Positions 15,739 through 29,577 of a stretch of DNA of 64,000 nucleotides are shown one piece after another. The position numbers and the translations under genes are program-made. The DNA comes from the human T2T-CHM13v2.0 reference genome, Homo sapiens. Numbering within the stretch: position 1 is the stretch's first letter; each line of letters starts with the position of its first letter. Under the pieces are notes generated by a model that worked only from the letters and a program-made list of their open reading frames with translations, was not told where the DNA came from and did no database searches. The DNA is taken from NCBI RefSeq assembly GCF_009914755.1, contig NC_060927.1; one strand, given 5' to 3'.

Positions 15739-16540
15739 GTAAAGAAACACTTGCTTTTCGGAACTTACAATGTGTGAATTGAGTCTGTTGGGTTGAGAGG
15801 GGAGAGATGGCAGTTCCTGTATGTGTATATGATGCTAGGTACGAGCAACGGAGTACTTTCCCTCCCCTTTATTGCTGAGGAGCAGTAGTTTCTGCATGTT
15901 CAGATGTTATCATTAGGAAGAACCACCTTCCAGGGATCAAGAGTGAAGTGTGGGTATCATCCATGTCTCACTGGAGGTTATTAGTAAGCCACATTGGAGA
16001 CTGACTTGAATTTGTCCATATCATAACCATTGGCATTTGCAGAAATAAAAAAAAAAAAAAAAACATTGGCAAGCAATCTGCAGGTCTTTGACACAGTGAT
16101 TAGATTTTAAATAAGGTCCACGTTGAGAAACTGCCATCTTGTGCTGTAGATCTCCTTAGAGATCGAAAAGGGCTATGGAAAAAAATTCAGTTATACATAT
16201 ATTTATGTTGGAAATTACAGAATATGATGCATGAATTTAGAGATTTGCAAAGATCTTGGAAGACCGGTTCGTTTGTATACCTCATGCATGTTTGGGGTTT
16301 TATAAACAAATTCAAGTTCCCATTAAGGGCCATGATGGGTCTAGCTGCACTCCAGCAGGTTGCACTTTGGGAGGAATTGAGGCCTTTTCATCAGTTGCTG
16401 CTTTTCACAGTATTGGGTCAGGAGGGAGAGGAGATCCCAAGCCATGCACTAGCTTGGTCAGTCACCTATAATTTGGGTAAATGCTTAAAACAGTGTATTT
16501 TTACAGTAGTTTAAACAGACATGAAAATGCTGCCTTAGAT

Positions 16541-16772
16541 CGGGGTCCCAAACCCCTGGGCCACGGACAGATACTGTCCACATTAGGTTCTCTTAGGAGT
16601 GTGAACCCTGTTGTGAACTGCAGATGCGAGGGATCTAGGTTGCTCACCCCTTATGAGAATCTAACTAATGCCTGATAATTCATCCTGAAACCAACCCCCT
16701 CTCCCCCAAGTCTGTGGAAAAATTGCCTTACATGTAACCAGTCCCTGGTGCCAAAAAGGTTGGGGTCTTCTG
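16541..16772. mobile_element. hAT-Charlie MER1-type element
   Basis: GGGGTCCCAAACCCC ... GGTTGGGGTCTTCTG ends; 8-bp TSD CCTTAGAT/CCTTAGAC. Confidence 0.75.
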
Positions 16773-16868
16773 CCTTAGACACTATTAGGTCTGCATTTAG
16801 TAAAACAGAATGGGCTGGTCCACAACTCCAAGTGCCACTGAAGTGTTTCTGGGACCTTTTTTTTGCAG

Positions 16869-16979
16869 TACTGCAAGTGCCTCGCCTTAGAGCAGCCTTT
16901 CCAGTTTTCACAAGAAGACATGCCCCGAGTGCGGAAGAGGATTTACAAGGAGCTATGTGAGTGCCGGCTCATGGACTGA
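16869..16979 (+). CDS. SENP5: SENP5 last coding exon to stop
   Basis: ttttgcag|TAC...GAC TGA; [36 protein letters not shown] (C48 C-terminal [10 protein letters not shown] motif). Confidence 0.97.
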   Translation, partial: YCKCLALEQPFQFSQEDMPRVRKRIYKELCECRLMD

Positions 16980-19045
16980 AACTCAGCAGGGACTCTGGGA
17001 AGTCTGACCAAGTTGGAGCAGATGGTTTGTTACTTGAATCTCCAAACACTTAGTTGAATTTTTACAGATATTTCAGATCAGTGGTGTTGGGCCACTATTG
17101 TTACCTCAAATTTATTTTTTGCCCTTATTCATTTCTCCAGCTACCATGTACTATTGTTTAATGTTCAGTTTGGTTTCATTTTTAATTTTATGGTTCTGTG
17201 CGTCCCCCATATTTAATATTTATTATTCAAACGCATGCATATAGACAGAGCATGCAGTGAAGAGTATTAAAAAAAAAAGCTTAGTAGATTTGGTGCAGCT
17301 TTTGAAACTTAGTTAGACGTGAACTGAATACAGGTTTCAAATTTACTCCCAGAACCTAAAAATGCAAGATGTTTTTGATACAACATAACTCTGAGAATAG
17401 TAAGTGTTCCCTGGGGCATTAAGGGTAGCTGGGGGTGGTTTTGACAAATCCAGTCCTGTTTTACTTTACCAGCGGCAACTTTCACCAACTTCCCTCTCCA
17501 AGTGAGTCTTAGAGAGTGCAGTCCATTCCTTTTGAAGGGTGAGATGGAAGTGGTCGTAAACTGACTGGTGTCTTCTGTTTCTGGAGGCACACTTGTAAGC
17601 ACAGTGGCTGCTTTGGGAGGAGTAAGGTGTGAGAAAAAGCAACCTTGGAGGCCAGTAACAATGACAGATTTCAATCGTGGTTTTAGGAATTATAATACGT
17701 GGCATACATCTCATAAAGGCTTTTGCTGGGATATTGAATTCCCTGAATTTTTCTGTTTTCGACCTGTTAAAAAAATCTTAACATCCATCAAACTAGTGGT
17801 CAAACAAATGAGAATGCAGCTGTTCTCAGAGTAATTTTTAAGTTGTCATTTCCCTGTGTTGCCTCCCAATTGGAAGAAGTTAAGGTTTACCAAATGCATT
17901 TCTATTTCAAGGGTATCTGAAACGTAAACATTCAAAACTGAAGGCTGACTGACTTGAGATGTTTTGCAGGTGGCTGGAGAGAAGAGGGAAGGTAATAGAG
18001 ACAACTTAGTCCCATGGGAGCGCAGCAACCGTGTCAGGTTCTTTCTCCTGTCCCATTAGTGACCTCAGTAACATGCAGGGTACGTCTGGCTTCTGCATGG
18101 CCAGTGCTGACACTAGCACAGCTGTTCTTCTCCTTCTGTTGAACCTCATCTTCTGAAGAAAGGCCAAGTGGCCCTTGTCCATACACTTAGCTGCATTAGG
18201 ATGAATATCACGCGTCTCACATCTTTAATCCAGCCTTTCGTGACATGTTGGAAAGATACATGTGAAACCTACCCAGTTACCCTTTCTGAATTGGGAGGAA
18301 AACCAACCAATGTATGTATGAGAAACTCAGAAGTCTGAATAGAAAAACAAAGTAAATGGCAGAAGATTCTCGAGTTTATGCCCGCGTAGGTTTGGAGTGT
18401 TGAAAAAGCTAAAATGTTTAGTTTCACTTGGCCCTGAGGTATGGTTGAGAAGGCTGACTGCCAGCAGTTGAGGATTGAGTCCGACCATGTTTACATGCAG
18501 GGTTCCCAACACCAGTGGTGACACTGGGAAGCAGCCCCAGCACTTTCCTCTCCTGAGTCCTCCAGACCCAAAATCCTTAATGTCAAACCAGGTCAGTGTT
18601 TCTTACTGTGTTTCAAGTCGTTAAAAAGACTGAGAGTAGAGGCACTTTATGCTGCTATAGGTGGGGTTCTGTCAGCGTTAGGAAAAAATGACAGTTTAGG
18701 GTAAGGAAGATCTCATAATGAGTTTTTCAAACATAATTATGCAAACATGAGATTTTTCAAAACATGCCAGAAATTTGCCTCTGATTTTTTTTTTTTTTTT
18801 TTGTGGGGGTGTGGTATACCAAAGTAGCCAGTCACTGGGCTGTCAGTTCAAAATGTCTTGTACTTCAGAGTGAGGAAGTGTTTCAGTTCCTCAGTGACAG
18901 AACCTGGCATGCAGAAGAGACAGAATTGTTCCTGTAAGAAAATCAACGCCGAGAGAGAGCTGCCCAAATCCAGTGACTCTTCCACTTCCAGTCTCATGCT
19001 TCATAGGGCACCTTGAGGTGTGCTGCCCAGTGTGGCTTAGACTAA

Positions 19046-19511
<466 letters not shown>

Positions 19512-19640
19512 TGATGTTTGCAGTAATTGCTTCCTTGGTTAATAAAGATATTTTTGAAATATACTCTGGACTGTTGGTGAAAGAGGCAGGCATGGCTTTA
19601 CTGGTACTAGTTTGGCACTGAACTGTTTGGGTGCCCATGA

Positions 19641-19952
<312 letters not shown>

Positions 19953-20742
19953 TAAACCTTACGCTTTTGAGGTTGAGTGCAGGCCTTGTGATAACTAAGC
20001 GCTACTTTTGACGAGCCTTCAACAAGCTGCCCAGTCCTCTCCTCAGCAGACGCATCAGGTTGTAGTTGCATCTTTACAGTGGTCTTTCCTTTTATTAAAT
20101 CTATAGCAGTGAATATAGATTTGATTCAACTTTTAGTTACGTTCTCTCAAGAATCCTAATCAACTTTCAGTTAGCCTCTTAAGAAAGGGAAAAAAAGGTG
20201 CTGCCAGTCATCCCCAAATTATGTTTTTGGCTGTGCATTCTATTTTCTACATAGCACTGAATCTGAGTAACAGTCATCCTGGATTTATAGTTGGAACAGA
20301 ACAGTAACAGACCTAACTGGGACTCAGCCAGCACTAGCCTCATCTTAGCTGCCCCTTTTCTCTGCTTTGCAGTTTACTGCTTCCCTGGGCTAGCCATAAC
20401 GGGGTTCTGGGCAGGTCAGACTCTTCAGCAAGACAGTGTATTAATAGTGTGAATTAGATACACTGATGACCTGCTCTGCCTAGTTAAGAAACTGAATTAA
20501 TCAGCAGTTACAAAGCACATACTTTGTTACGTGCTAGGCTTTGCCTCCTGGCCTCTAGATAATTAAGACGGCCCAGGGAATACCAGCAGAGAAGTGCTAA
20601 TTGTATTTGGGTGTTACAAAAGCAGACCTAGACGAGCTGTTCACTTAACTGGTACCTGTTGGTCAGAAAAAGAATTTATTTAGAGATTATGATCATGTAA
20701 AATTACAGTACTCAACCCTTCTAGCAAAGTATTTTTTTGAAA

Positions 20743-20748
20743 AATAAA
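20743..20748 (+). terminator. Probable SENP5 distal poly(A) signal
   Basis: AATAAA followed about 20 nt later by TTGTGTTCTCTCGT. Confidence 0.65.
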
Positions 20749-21471
20749 CTAAATGCCTTTATAAACTTGTGTTCTCTCGTCTTGAGTAACATGTACTGTT
20801 TGGCGAGGAGTAATTTTTTTCTTGTGACATTCCAGTCACGACAGAGGTCATTTCAGAACAGTGAGCAGTGCAGGCCCTAACCAGCTCACCCTCAGAGCAG
20901 CAGCACCATCACTCGAATTTTCTACAACGGAAATGTTCTATATCTTCATCTTAGCTTGACTGAGAAACTGAATGTTTAATTCTCACACTTCACTAACATG
21001 TATTAATAGTGATGCCTTCATCTGTACGTTTGAATTTTCACTTTTCTCCGATTAAAGTGAGAAACAGGTCAGATGCTATCCATGAGAAATAGGAAAGAAT
21101 GGTGCAGTAAAGAGACTCACATTTAGTGTTCTCTAGCCCAGCAAACATAAGATGTTCTTAATCCACCCACAATTTCCCTTCCCTTGCAATCATCCAGAGC
21201 ATGTTTTTTGGAAAACTAACCTATTCTTCCATCAGTAGAGGTTGCTTGGTGCCTATTTGATCACTTTCACAAGAAAATCTGTGCGCTCTCTTCACACGCA
21301 GCAATAGTTATTTCCAACTGTCAGTCAATCAAAATGGACACGCGAATTGTCCACACTATTCATAGAATCCCCCTGGAACTCATTCATGTGTATCCAGAGT
21401 ACAGGAATTCCAGAACACAACCCTCTTTATAGGCCAGGAAACAGGCAGCAACAACGATAAGTTCATCCAGC

Positions 21472-21477
21472 TTTATT
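21472..21477 (-). terminator. Probable NCBP2 distal poly(A) signal
   Basis: Plus-strand TTTATT = AATAAA on minus, followed on minus by GU-rich TCGTTGTTGCTGCCTGTTT. Confidence 0.7.
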
Positions 21478-22489
21478 GAAACCTATTACAGAAGACAATC
21501 CAAATAAAACCACTGTCTCCTGTAGAAATCTGAGTTATGTTGTTTTACTACAAAAGAATATAAAACACATTAAATTACAGTGTGAAGGAATTTTAAAAAT
21601 GAACAGTGTATCCTCATTAAATGTTTGCAAAGTTTCTTCCTAAGCACTTACAACTAGTTACAGCTCTTTTAAAAATTCAGATTTCTACACTCAGTTTAAC
21701 AGGAGAGACATTCACACTTAGGTACTTCAGCCCCAACTTTCACGGACTATTGGAAATTAGAAGGTACTTTGTTGCTAAGTGAAAAAAATGCACATTTTTT
21801 CATATCAGGGAAAATTATACTGGACTTAACAGTTTTAAATGAGCAATAACTCAGATATATTAGAGAGAAATCACCTCTTGCCTTACAAATACCAAATAAA
21901 TTCCCTAGACTCCCCTCCCCTGTAGAGACCATCAGCTCACTGTGAAGGCTTGAGCCTCAGTAGGTAAAATTTGAGGAAAAAAATGAGAAATGGCTAAAAG
22001 AGGCATCTGCTGCAGGAACCTTCTGTGACTGTCAAACATTCCCTCTTCAAGCTCCCTTTTAAAACCCAGTCCATTCCCAACATCACTGAAAATGAAAAGA
22101 ATAAACTTGCTGGTCCTCATGTCAAGGCAGTGTTTTCATTGTCTCTTGATATTTTATCCCATTTCCTATTGACAACATCTCCCCTACCCCTGAAATTATT
22201 TAGAGGTTCCCTCTATGACAAACCCTTGCTTTTTTTTAGCTTTAGGTATAACACTGACATCTTTTGAAAAACGTGTTAGTAAATACTCAAGTTCTGGCCT
22301 CATTTCCTGATGTATGAAGCATGGAAGCAGTGCTGTCCTGTGGAGATTGCTTTTGCACCAACTACACAGGAAGGTCCTTGACCTCTAAGCATGCCTTTAG
22401 AGGTTAGAATTCACAGAAAACAAATTCAATTGTCAAACACCTGTTCCTAATTTTGTGCAAAGCAATACAACATAGCACAACTCCATTTG

Positions 22490-22626
22490 TTGTTTTTCGT
22501 TTTGCTTTGTAGAGACGGGGTCTTGCTATGTTGCCCAGTCTAGTCTCAAACTCCTGGCCTCAAGCTATCCTTCCTCCTCAGCCTCCCAAAGTGTTGGGAT
22601 TACACGTGTGAGCCACCATGCCTGGC
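22490..22626 (-). mobile_element. FLAM/Alu monomer in NCBP2 3'UTR (sense to the NCBP2 mRNA)
   Basis: Reverse-complement Alu left-arm sequence. Confidence 0.85.
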
Positions 22627-23062
22627 CCCACCTCCATTTATTAGGCTATCTCATGCAAACTTAAAATTAAAAAAATAATCCCAGGCCCCAATGTAGATCA
22701 TGAACCTACTTAAGACTCATTATGGTAAAAACAAATTCTTACATTTTTCTGTCTTTCTAAAAGTGTAGTGGTTATGGCTAAAGACTAATCAACATTACAG
22801 ATCCAATCTGTTGTCAAAGAACACAATTTCTGACCTGGTAACAAAATTGTTCTGATAATCTGACACATGGCCAAGATTCTCAGACAAGAATTAAAGGCAT
22901 TCTTTTGGATTCTGTCCTTTAATAACTTTCAGAGGCTTCCAGCTCAGTAAAGACACTGATCAAATCTTGGTAAAAATGGGCTCGTGTGCAGACTTTAGGT
23001 GATGTTCTTCAGCAAATTCAACAGGCCAAAGGAGTGTTTGTCACTGACAGAGCTCTCACCAC

Positions 23063-23134
23063 TCACTGGTTCTGTGCCAGTTTTCCATAGCCTCCTCTCC
23101 CAGCATCGTAGTCCTGCCGATACTCATCCCGAAC
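23063..23134 (-). CDS. NCBP2: NCBP2 (CBP20) exon 4 to stop
   Basis: ttaaag|GTT CGG GAT...CAG TGA; VRDEYRQDYDAGRGGYGKLAQNQ*. Confidence 0.97.
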   Translation of the reverse strand, partial: VRDEYRQDYDAGRGGYGKLAQNQ

Positions 23135-23561
23135 CTTTAATGGAAAGAATCCAGAGTTACAGTATGGAAAAGAATGGTGTAACAAATATGCCTCCCACAA
23201 ACATGTTAGACAAACAGTGAAACCTGTTCAGATGCCACAATGTGAACATTTCAAGCAGGACATATGCACTTCAGCTCACTTCAGTGCGTTTTGCTTTCAT
23301 TTTAGATGTTCCTGCAGGTGGAAGATACCTAGCCCTAGCAGAAGTTCAAGAATGGTTGCTTGTTAGAAACGTACAGAACATACCATTTCACGGTTTAAAA
23401 AAAAAATTCACCCAAACCGTTGGGTGGTTTTCAGATCCACTTCAAGCCAAGGTTATAGACACAAAGTTATTTACAAAAGAGTAAATACAAATTGCCAAAA
23501 CACCTGTCATTGTGACTGGAATCCCAGGCAATGGCTGAGCCCAGAGACCCTTCTTGCATAC

Positions 23562-23700
23562 CTGGCCCCCAGATCGCCCACGGCCGTATTGCCTGCCCTC
23601 CTTAAAGCCTGCGTCCCAGTCTGTGCGAATGATTCGGTCATCCAGACGCGTCCCATTTATGTACCGCATGGCGTTTTCCGCATCTGCGCGTGAGTAATAT
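23562..23700 (-). CDS. NCBP2: NCBP2 exon 3
   Basis: 139 nt, (E)[46 protein letters not shown]|gtatgc. Confidence 0.97.
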
Positions 23701-25300
23701 CTTAAGTATTAAGGAACACTAGCATTTTTCCAAACATTTCTGGAAATAGGGGAACAACATGTAAATGAAGCTGAGTTGTTAAAAAGTACAAGAGCTAATC
23801 CAACCAGATGGAGTTCAAAGACAGTAATTCAGCTTGCCCAGGCCTGTTTGCGATTGGTTTGGAAGCACATAGAGTCAAATATGACACGTATCCATGGCTA
23901 CACTGATCATATTTCTTGGACATTCCTGTTGATAATTTTTGGTCCCATCATCTCTGTATTTTGGTTTGCAAGTTTAGATCACTGTACACTTCTTATCCAA
24001 GAAACCAGTGCTGTATATTCAAGTTAGGTTCTGTACATTCCAAGGCACCCTAATCAAGAGAAGGTCACCGAGCACGTGGAATTGTGCTGCACTTCACTAA
24101 AGGAAAGACTCAAGCTGTCACCAAGGTAGCAGTTCCCAAACCTACTTCATCAGAGACCTCCCTTTAATTAAAGGGGAAGACATTTAATCTCAGACAAATA
24201 AAAATAAGACAACAGTGTTCTGAATAAACCATCTGGAGAAACTAGTATCTTTGATGTTAGCAAGCCAAAATAAAATCTCTTTTCATTCTAGCATTTGGGA
24301 AACCCGTGTATCCCCGAGGCAAGCCTGCAATCTGGGAGAGAAGCCCTGCCTGGGTCCAGTGAGTCAGCATTCTTTTCCTTAATTATGAGCAGAAATCCAG
24401 GGATCACCAGACACTTAAGGAAAAATTTCAACCGAAACAAACATAATTCAGGGCACAGGAAAAAATTCAAAAGATACATTAAATTGGGCCTGCAAAATTT
24501 CTCAGAATATTAAATTGAATGACCAAAACATACAGTAAAAAGAACATAGGATAAATCCAAGAGGTCCAATACTTAAAAGAGTCTGAGTAAGGGAATTAAA
24601 TGATCAAAGTAAATAGTTTTGGTTTGTACCTATACAGTCAGGTTATATACATCTATATAATGAAATACTATACAGCTATTTACTTAAAAGTTTTTTTCTT
24701 TAAAGATGGGGTCTTAACCCGTCACCCCCGCTGGAACACAGTCACAACTCAGTGCAGCCTTGAAATCTTGGGCTCAACTGATCCTCCTGCCTCAGCTTCC
24801 TGAGCAGCTGGCACTACAAACACCAGCCACCATGGCCAGCTGTACAGCTATTTTAAAAAAAGACCTACATATGCTGAAATGGAACAATAAAAAATAAAAA
24901 AATGATTTTAAAAACAGCACATGAAATACACTACCGCACACCCACAGGGTTACTTCTTGAAAGACGCCCAAGAAACTGCTAACTGACTGCCTCTGGCAAA
25001 GGGCATTAGGGGTTTAGAACAGTACGAGATTTTTGTATTTTCACCACATTCTTTGGAATTTTTTTTTTTACGTGAAGGGCAAACATTCTTGAAAAACTTT
25101 TTGTTAAAGAACCATAAAGCATGGATTTCAGAAGAGAATATAAATAGTATCAGCTTTACAGTATAAGGGCAGAGACACACTGGGTGGAAAGTAGGAGGGA
25201 GATGAAGGAAAACGTAGGGACGAGTGCAGGGACGCTTGTGAGCTACCACTCTCAGCTCTACCCTGGTTCAGCAGCTACATTAGATCCATGGGAAGGATAC
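23701..25300 (-). other. NCBP2: U12-type (minor spliceosome) GT-AG intron, NCBP2 intron 2
   Basis: 5' splice site GTATCCTT (plus 25293-25300). Branch site TTCCTTAAT (plus 23708-23716) lies just upstream of the AG, with no polypyrimidine tract. Confidence 0.93.
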
Positions 25301-25482
25301 TCCACAAAACAGAATCCACATGCTGTTTTCTTCATTTTATCCAGACCCATAATGATTTTCTTTATGTCACCACTTTTGCTGAAGAGTTCATAGATTTGTT
25401 CTTCAGTTGTGTAAAAAGAAAGATTTCCAACATATAACGTACAGCTTTTCTTCAGTAATTTTTCTTGTTCTTCATTGTCACC
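25301..25482 (-). CDS. NCBP2: NCBP2 exon 2 (RRM RNP2 and RNP1)
   Basis: 182 nt, [61 protein letters not shown]. Confidence 0.97.
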
Positions 25483-26132
25483 CTAGAATTTCAAATAGAG
25501 ACAAAAGTTAAGCAACTTCAGAGCCTTGCTTAAATAGTATTTCTAAGTACGGTAGAGACATTCATTAATTCTGGTTTGGAAATCAACTTCTCTCATCCCA
25601 GCCTACCAGAAATCCCTTGCCCAAAAAGGGGGATGTCGACCTTCTGTGAAGCACTTATGCGAAGTCCAGACTCTTAGTAGAGACAGGGCTCAAAAGTTAT
25701 ACCACATACAACAAAGTCACTTCTACGCCCGACTGCCACGCAAGTGGCTTCCCTTTTCCCTGCACACACCATATCCTCAGCAGTGCATCCTTTAAACCCA
25801 AGTGTAGACTCTGGACCTTGACCCAATATATGACAAAGGGCCCTTTTATCCTTCGTAGTGAAAAATAAGTGGGTTTTCAGAGAGAGAGAGAGTTCCTCTT
25901 TAATAACCCCCTAGAGACTGTTGAAAGCCACAACCTTGATGCTTTACGTGCTCATAGATCTTTCTCTGAGTTTAGGGGAAAATGTAGTGATCACTAAAAA
26001 CAAAACAGAGCTCACTTTCTTAATGGGCTTCCAAATTGGGATGACAGGATGAAGCCAGAGACTTAAGCATATAACTGGGCTTCATCCAACACACCTGACA
26101 GACAAAGCCCTGGGTCCAAAATGGCTCATCGG

Positions 26133-26433
<301 letters not shown>

Positions 26434-26859
26434 AGTCCACAGGACAATAGTCATTGTATGTTAAAAAGAGGTTTCGGAACTTTGGAGTGAGACATTAGAG
26501 AAAGTAAATTCCTTTCATTTTACTGCTGTTACTGATTTGTGAACATGGAAAGGAGGCATCTTCTTTTTCTACTTTTCTCACACATGTAAGTAAGATCCAA
26601 ATAAATAGCCTACAGTTTAAGATAACTGTGGTGTAAGTGCTTAAAGTATATTAATATGGATTCCATTCACAGAATGCTAGAAATTCCACATGACAGTATG
26701 GCATTAGCATCTAAAAAAAGCTACAGGTTTAGACTGAGGAGATGAATAATAGACAAAGTCAGAAGGTTCCAGTTTTCATCTCACAGGATGCTTTAAGTTC
26801 AAAATGGTCAGGATGTGGAACTGTCTAAAGTAGTAACTAAAAGTGGTAGAAGTGCAAAT

Positions 26860-27440
26860 CATGCCTGGCACTTAGGCATCCCAGCACTTTGGGAAGCCCC
26901 AGGCAGGTGGATCGCTTGAGTCCCAGAGTTCGAGACTGGCCTGAGCAACACAGGGAGACCCTGTCTCTACAAAAAATTAGCTGGATGTGGTGGCGCGAGC
27001 CTGTGGTCCCAGCTTCTCAGGAGGCTGAGGTGGGTAGGATCACTTAGGCTCAGGAGGTTGAGGCTGCGTGAGCCGTGATTGCGCCACTGCACTTCAGCCT
27101 AGGCAATAAAGCGAGACTCTGTCTCAAAAAATAAAATACATTAACTGAATAAATTTTTTTTTTTTGAGAAGGAATATCGCTCTGTTGCCCAGGCTGGAGT
27201 GCAGTGGCGCGATCTCACAGCAACCTCCACCTCCCCGGTTCAAGCGATTCTCCTGCCTCAGCCTCCCGAATAGCTGGGATTACAAGCGCCTGCCACCACG
27301 CCCGCCTAATTTTTGTATTTTTAGTAAGACGGGGTTTCACCATCTTGGCCAGGCTAGTCTTGAACTCCTAACCTCGTGATCCACCCGCCTCAGCCTCCCA
27401 AAGTGCTGGGATTACAGGCGTGAGCCACCGTTCCCAGCCT
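26860..27440. mobile_element. Tail-to-tail inverted Alu pair (+ about 26860-27138; - about 27154-27440)
   Basis: A plus-strand AluJ-like element, then an antisense AluS about 15-20 bp later. Confidence 0.9.
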
Positions 27441-28475
27441 TGACTAAATAAATGTAAGAGCTTCCCTAATTTAGCGTCAAACAAAATTTCCCTTTCCCTA
27501 CTCTAGTAACACATTTCACACATTCTCCACACTTACCTTCTGCTATATGCGCCCCTTCCTTTCCCAGTCACAAGGGGATTTTTCCCTTTTCTGAATCCTC
27601 ACTACAGGGGATTATGAGCTCGCAGAGCGCAGAAACTGTCTTCCCTCTCCCTCTAGGGTTTAGCACAAGGATTTGGCGACAGCACTCGATAAACGTTTAC
27701 TAAATAATTGGGTTAATGAGTCCCGCCCCGCCAACCCCCAACCGTATTCCATCCCTACCTCCGCTGATACTGAAAAGTCTACTTTGAATATCTGCTGCCT
27801 CCCCTTTTTCCACAAAATATACTGTGATATAGTCCGGACTAAAAATTTCCCTCTTCTGAAATCCAGCAATTCTCCGATCTTTACATCCGAACACCCTCAA
27901 AGTGCCGAGCTTGGCGGGTCCACCTCCCCACTCCGAAGCTTCCCCGAGGGCGGAGTGAGGACTCCACTTGTGTCTCCCACGCACCGCGTACAGCTTCCGT
28001 AACACCATCCTCCCAGAGAAGGGGCCCGAATCGCCGAAGGGCACTGCTTCGCCGATTTAAAAAACAAAGCAAAAAGCCCCGCATCTGCATCAGGAAGGCG
28101 CCTCTGCCTACTCTGGGAGAGAGAAGGGCACCCCTCCCCCTTGCTACGTAGTCGTCTGCGGAGGCACAACCGTGGAAACGGGAGCCGCCACCACCACCAC
28201 CGCTCAAACCTCTCGGCACTGGCTGGGGTACAGGGAGCGGCTGCGAGCGAATGGGATAAGCGAGCCTCCAGTTCCCCGTCTTCCAGAGCAAGTGGCTTCA
28301 GTGATATCCAAGCGCCCTTCCAGCACCCATTCCCTGCCTCGCCAGCAGGCACCGGGGCCCCACTTGGCGTTTGCGGATTTCAGCTGAATGGGAGGCGACA
28401 CAATGAGACAAGAGCAAACCGTTTCTCAGCGTTCTTGCCCAGGGCCTTCCCGTCTCGCGGCCCGGCCTCCCTCAC

Positions 28476-28553
28476 CCGGAAGTGCTGGTCCCGGTACTGG
28501 CTCAGCTCCACGTAGGAGTCGCTGCGCAGCGCCTTCAGGAGGCCACCCGACAT
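28476..28553 (-). CDS. NCBP2: NCBP2 exon 1 coding part (nuclear cap-binding protein subunit 2, 156 aa total)
   Basis: MSGGLLKALRSDSYVELSQYRDQHFR|gtgag; exons sum to 26+61+46+23 = 156 aa. Confidence 0.97.
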
Positions 28554-28698
28554 AGTGCAGAGAAGCGGACCACAATGCGGCGACTCCCGGCACGAGGCTG
28601 CGTCCGCGATGGCGGAAGCGGAAACGCGCGGAGGCGAGCATCTCATTGGACCCAATCCGAGGGCGGCAGTGTCGTCATCAAGCTGCGCGGGGGCATAG

Positions 28699-29067
<369 letters not shown>

Positions 29068-29571
29068 TCCTGGGCTGTGCGGGGCCGAGGCTGCTTGCTT
29101 TTCCTTCCGGGCTCTACAGTGGCATCAATGTGGAGGGGTCATTCCGGGCACTGCGCGCGGCTTCGAATCCCGACTGGGATTGTTGGCCTGCAGACATCCC
29201 ACGCATAAGAGCCTAGGCCAGACCGCCCGCTCCGTTGAAGTCTTGTGATTGGACAAGACACAGTGTGGAGAAAGACCCCTAAGCCTAACAGAGATGAAGG
29301 TAGGCTGGGTCCAGACACGGCACCTACGGAGAGCCACGGACCGAAGCCAGAGAGCCTTTCCTCTGCAAGTGGGACTGAAACTCTTGACAGATGCTGCTCA
29401 ATCTGACTGGTATAGCAGGACAGTTAATTCCAGGGACGATATGGATGAAAAGACAACCCTACAGCTGCCAAATTCCTTTGATTAAATGTGTGAGCTGGTT
29501 GATAGGCATGAGTGTGATACTTCTCAGGCAAGATGTGTTAAGAATACCGGGGACTGTAGGCCTATGGTAAT

Positions 29572-29577
29572 AATAAA
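29572..29577 (+). terminator. NCBP2AS2 poly(A) signal
   Basis: AATAAA about 500 nt after the stop, with TCTTCTGTG downstream. Confidence 0.7.

Noticed and set aside
23442-23561. Read-through of NCBP2 exon 3 into intron 3 (alternative C-terminus VCKKGLWAQ...)
   Set aside because: Canonical donor CAG|GTATGC is present; no evidence for retention from sequence alone.
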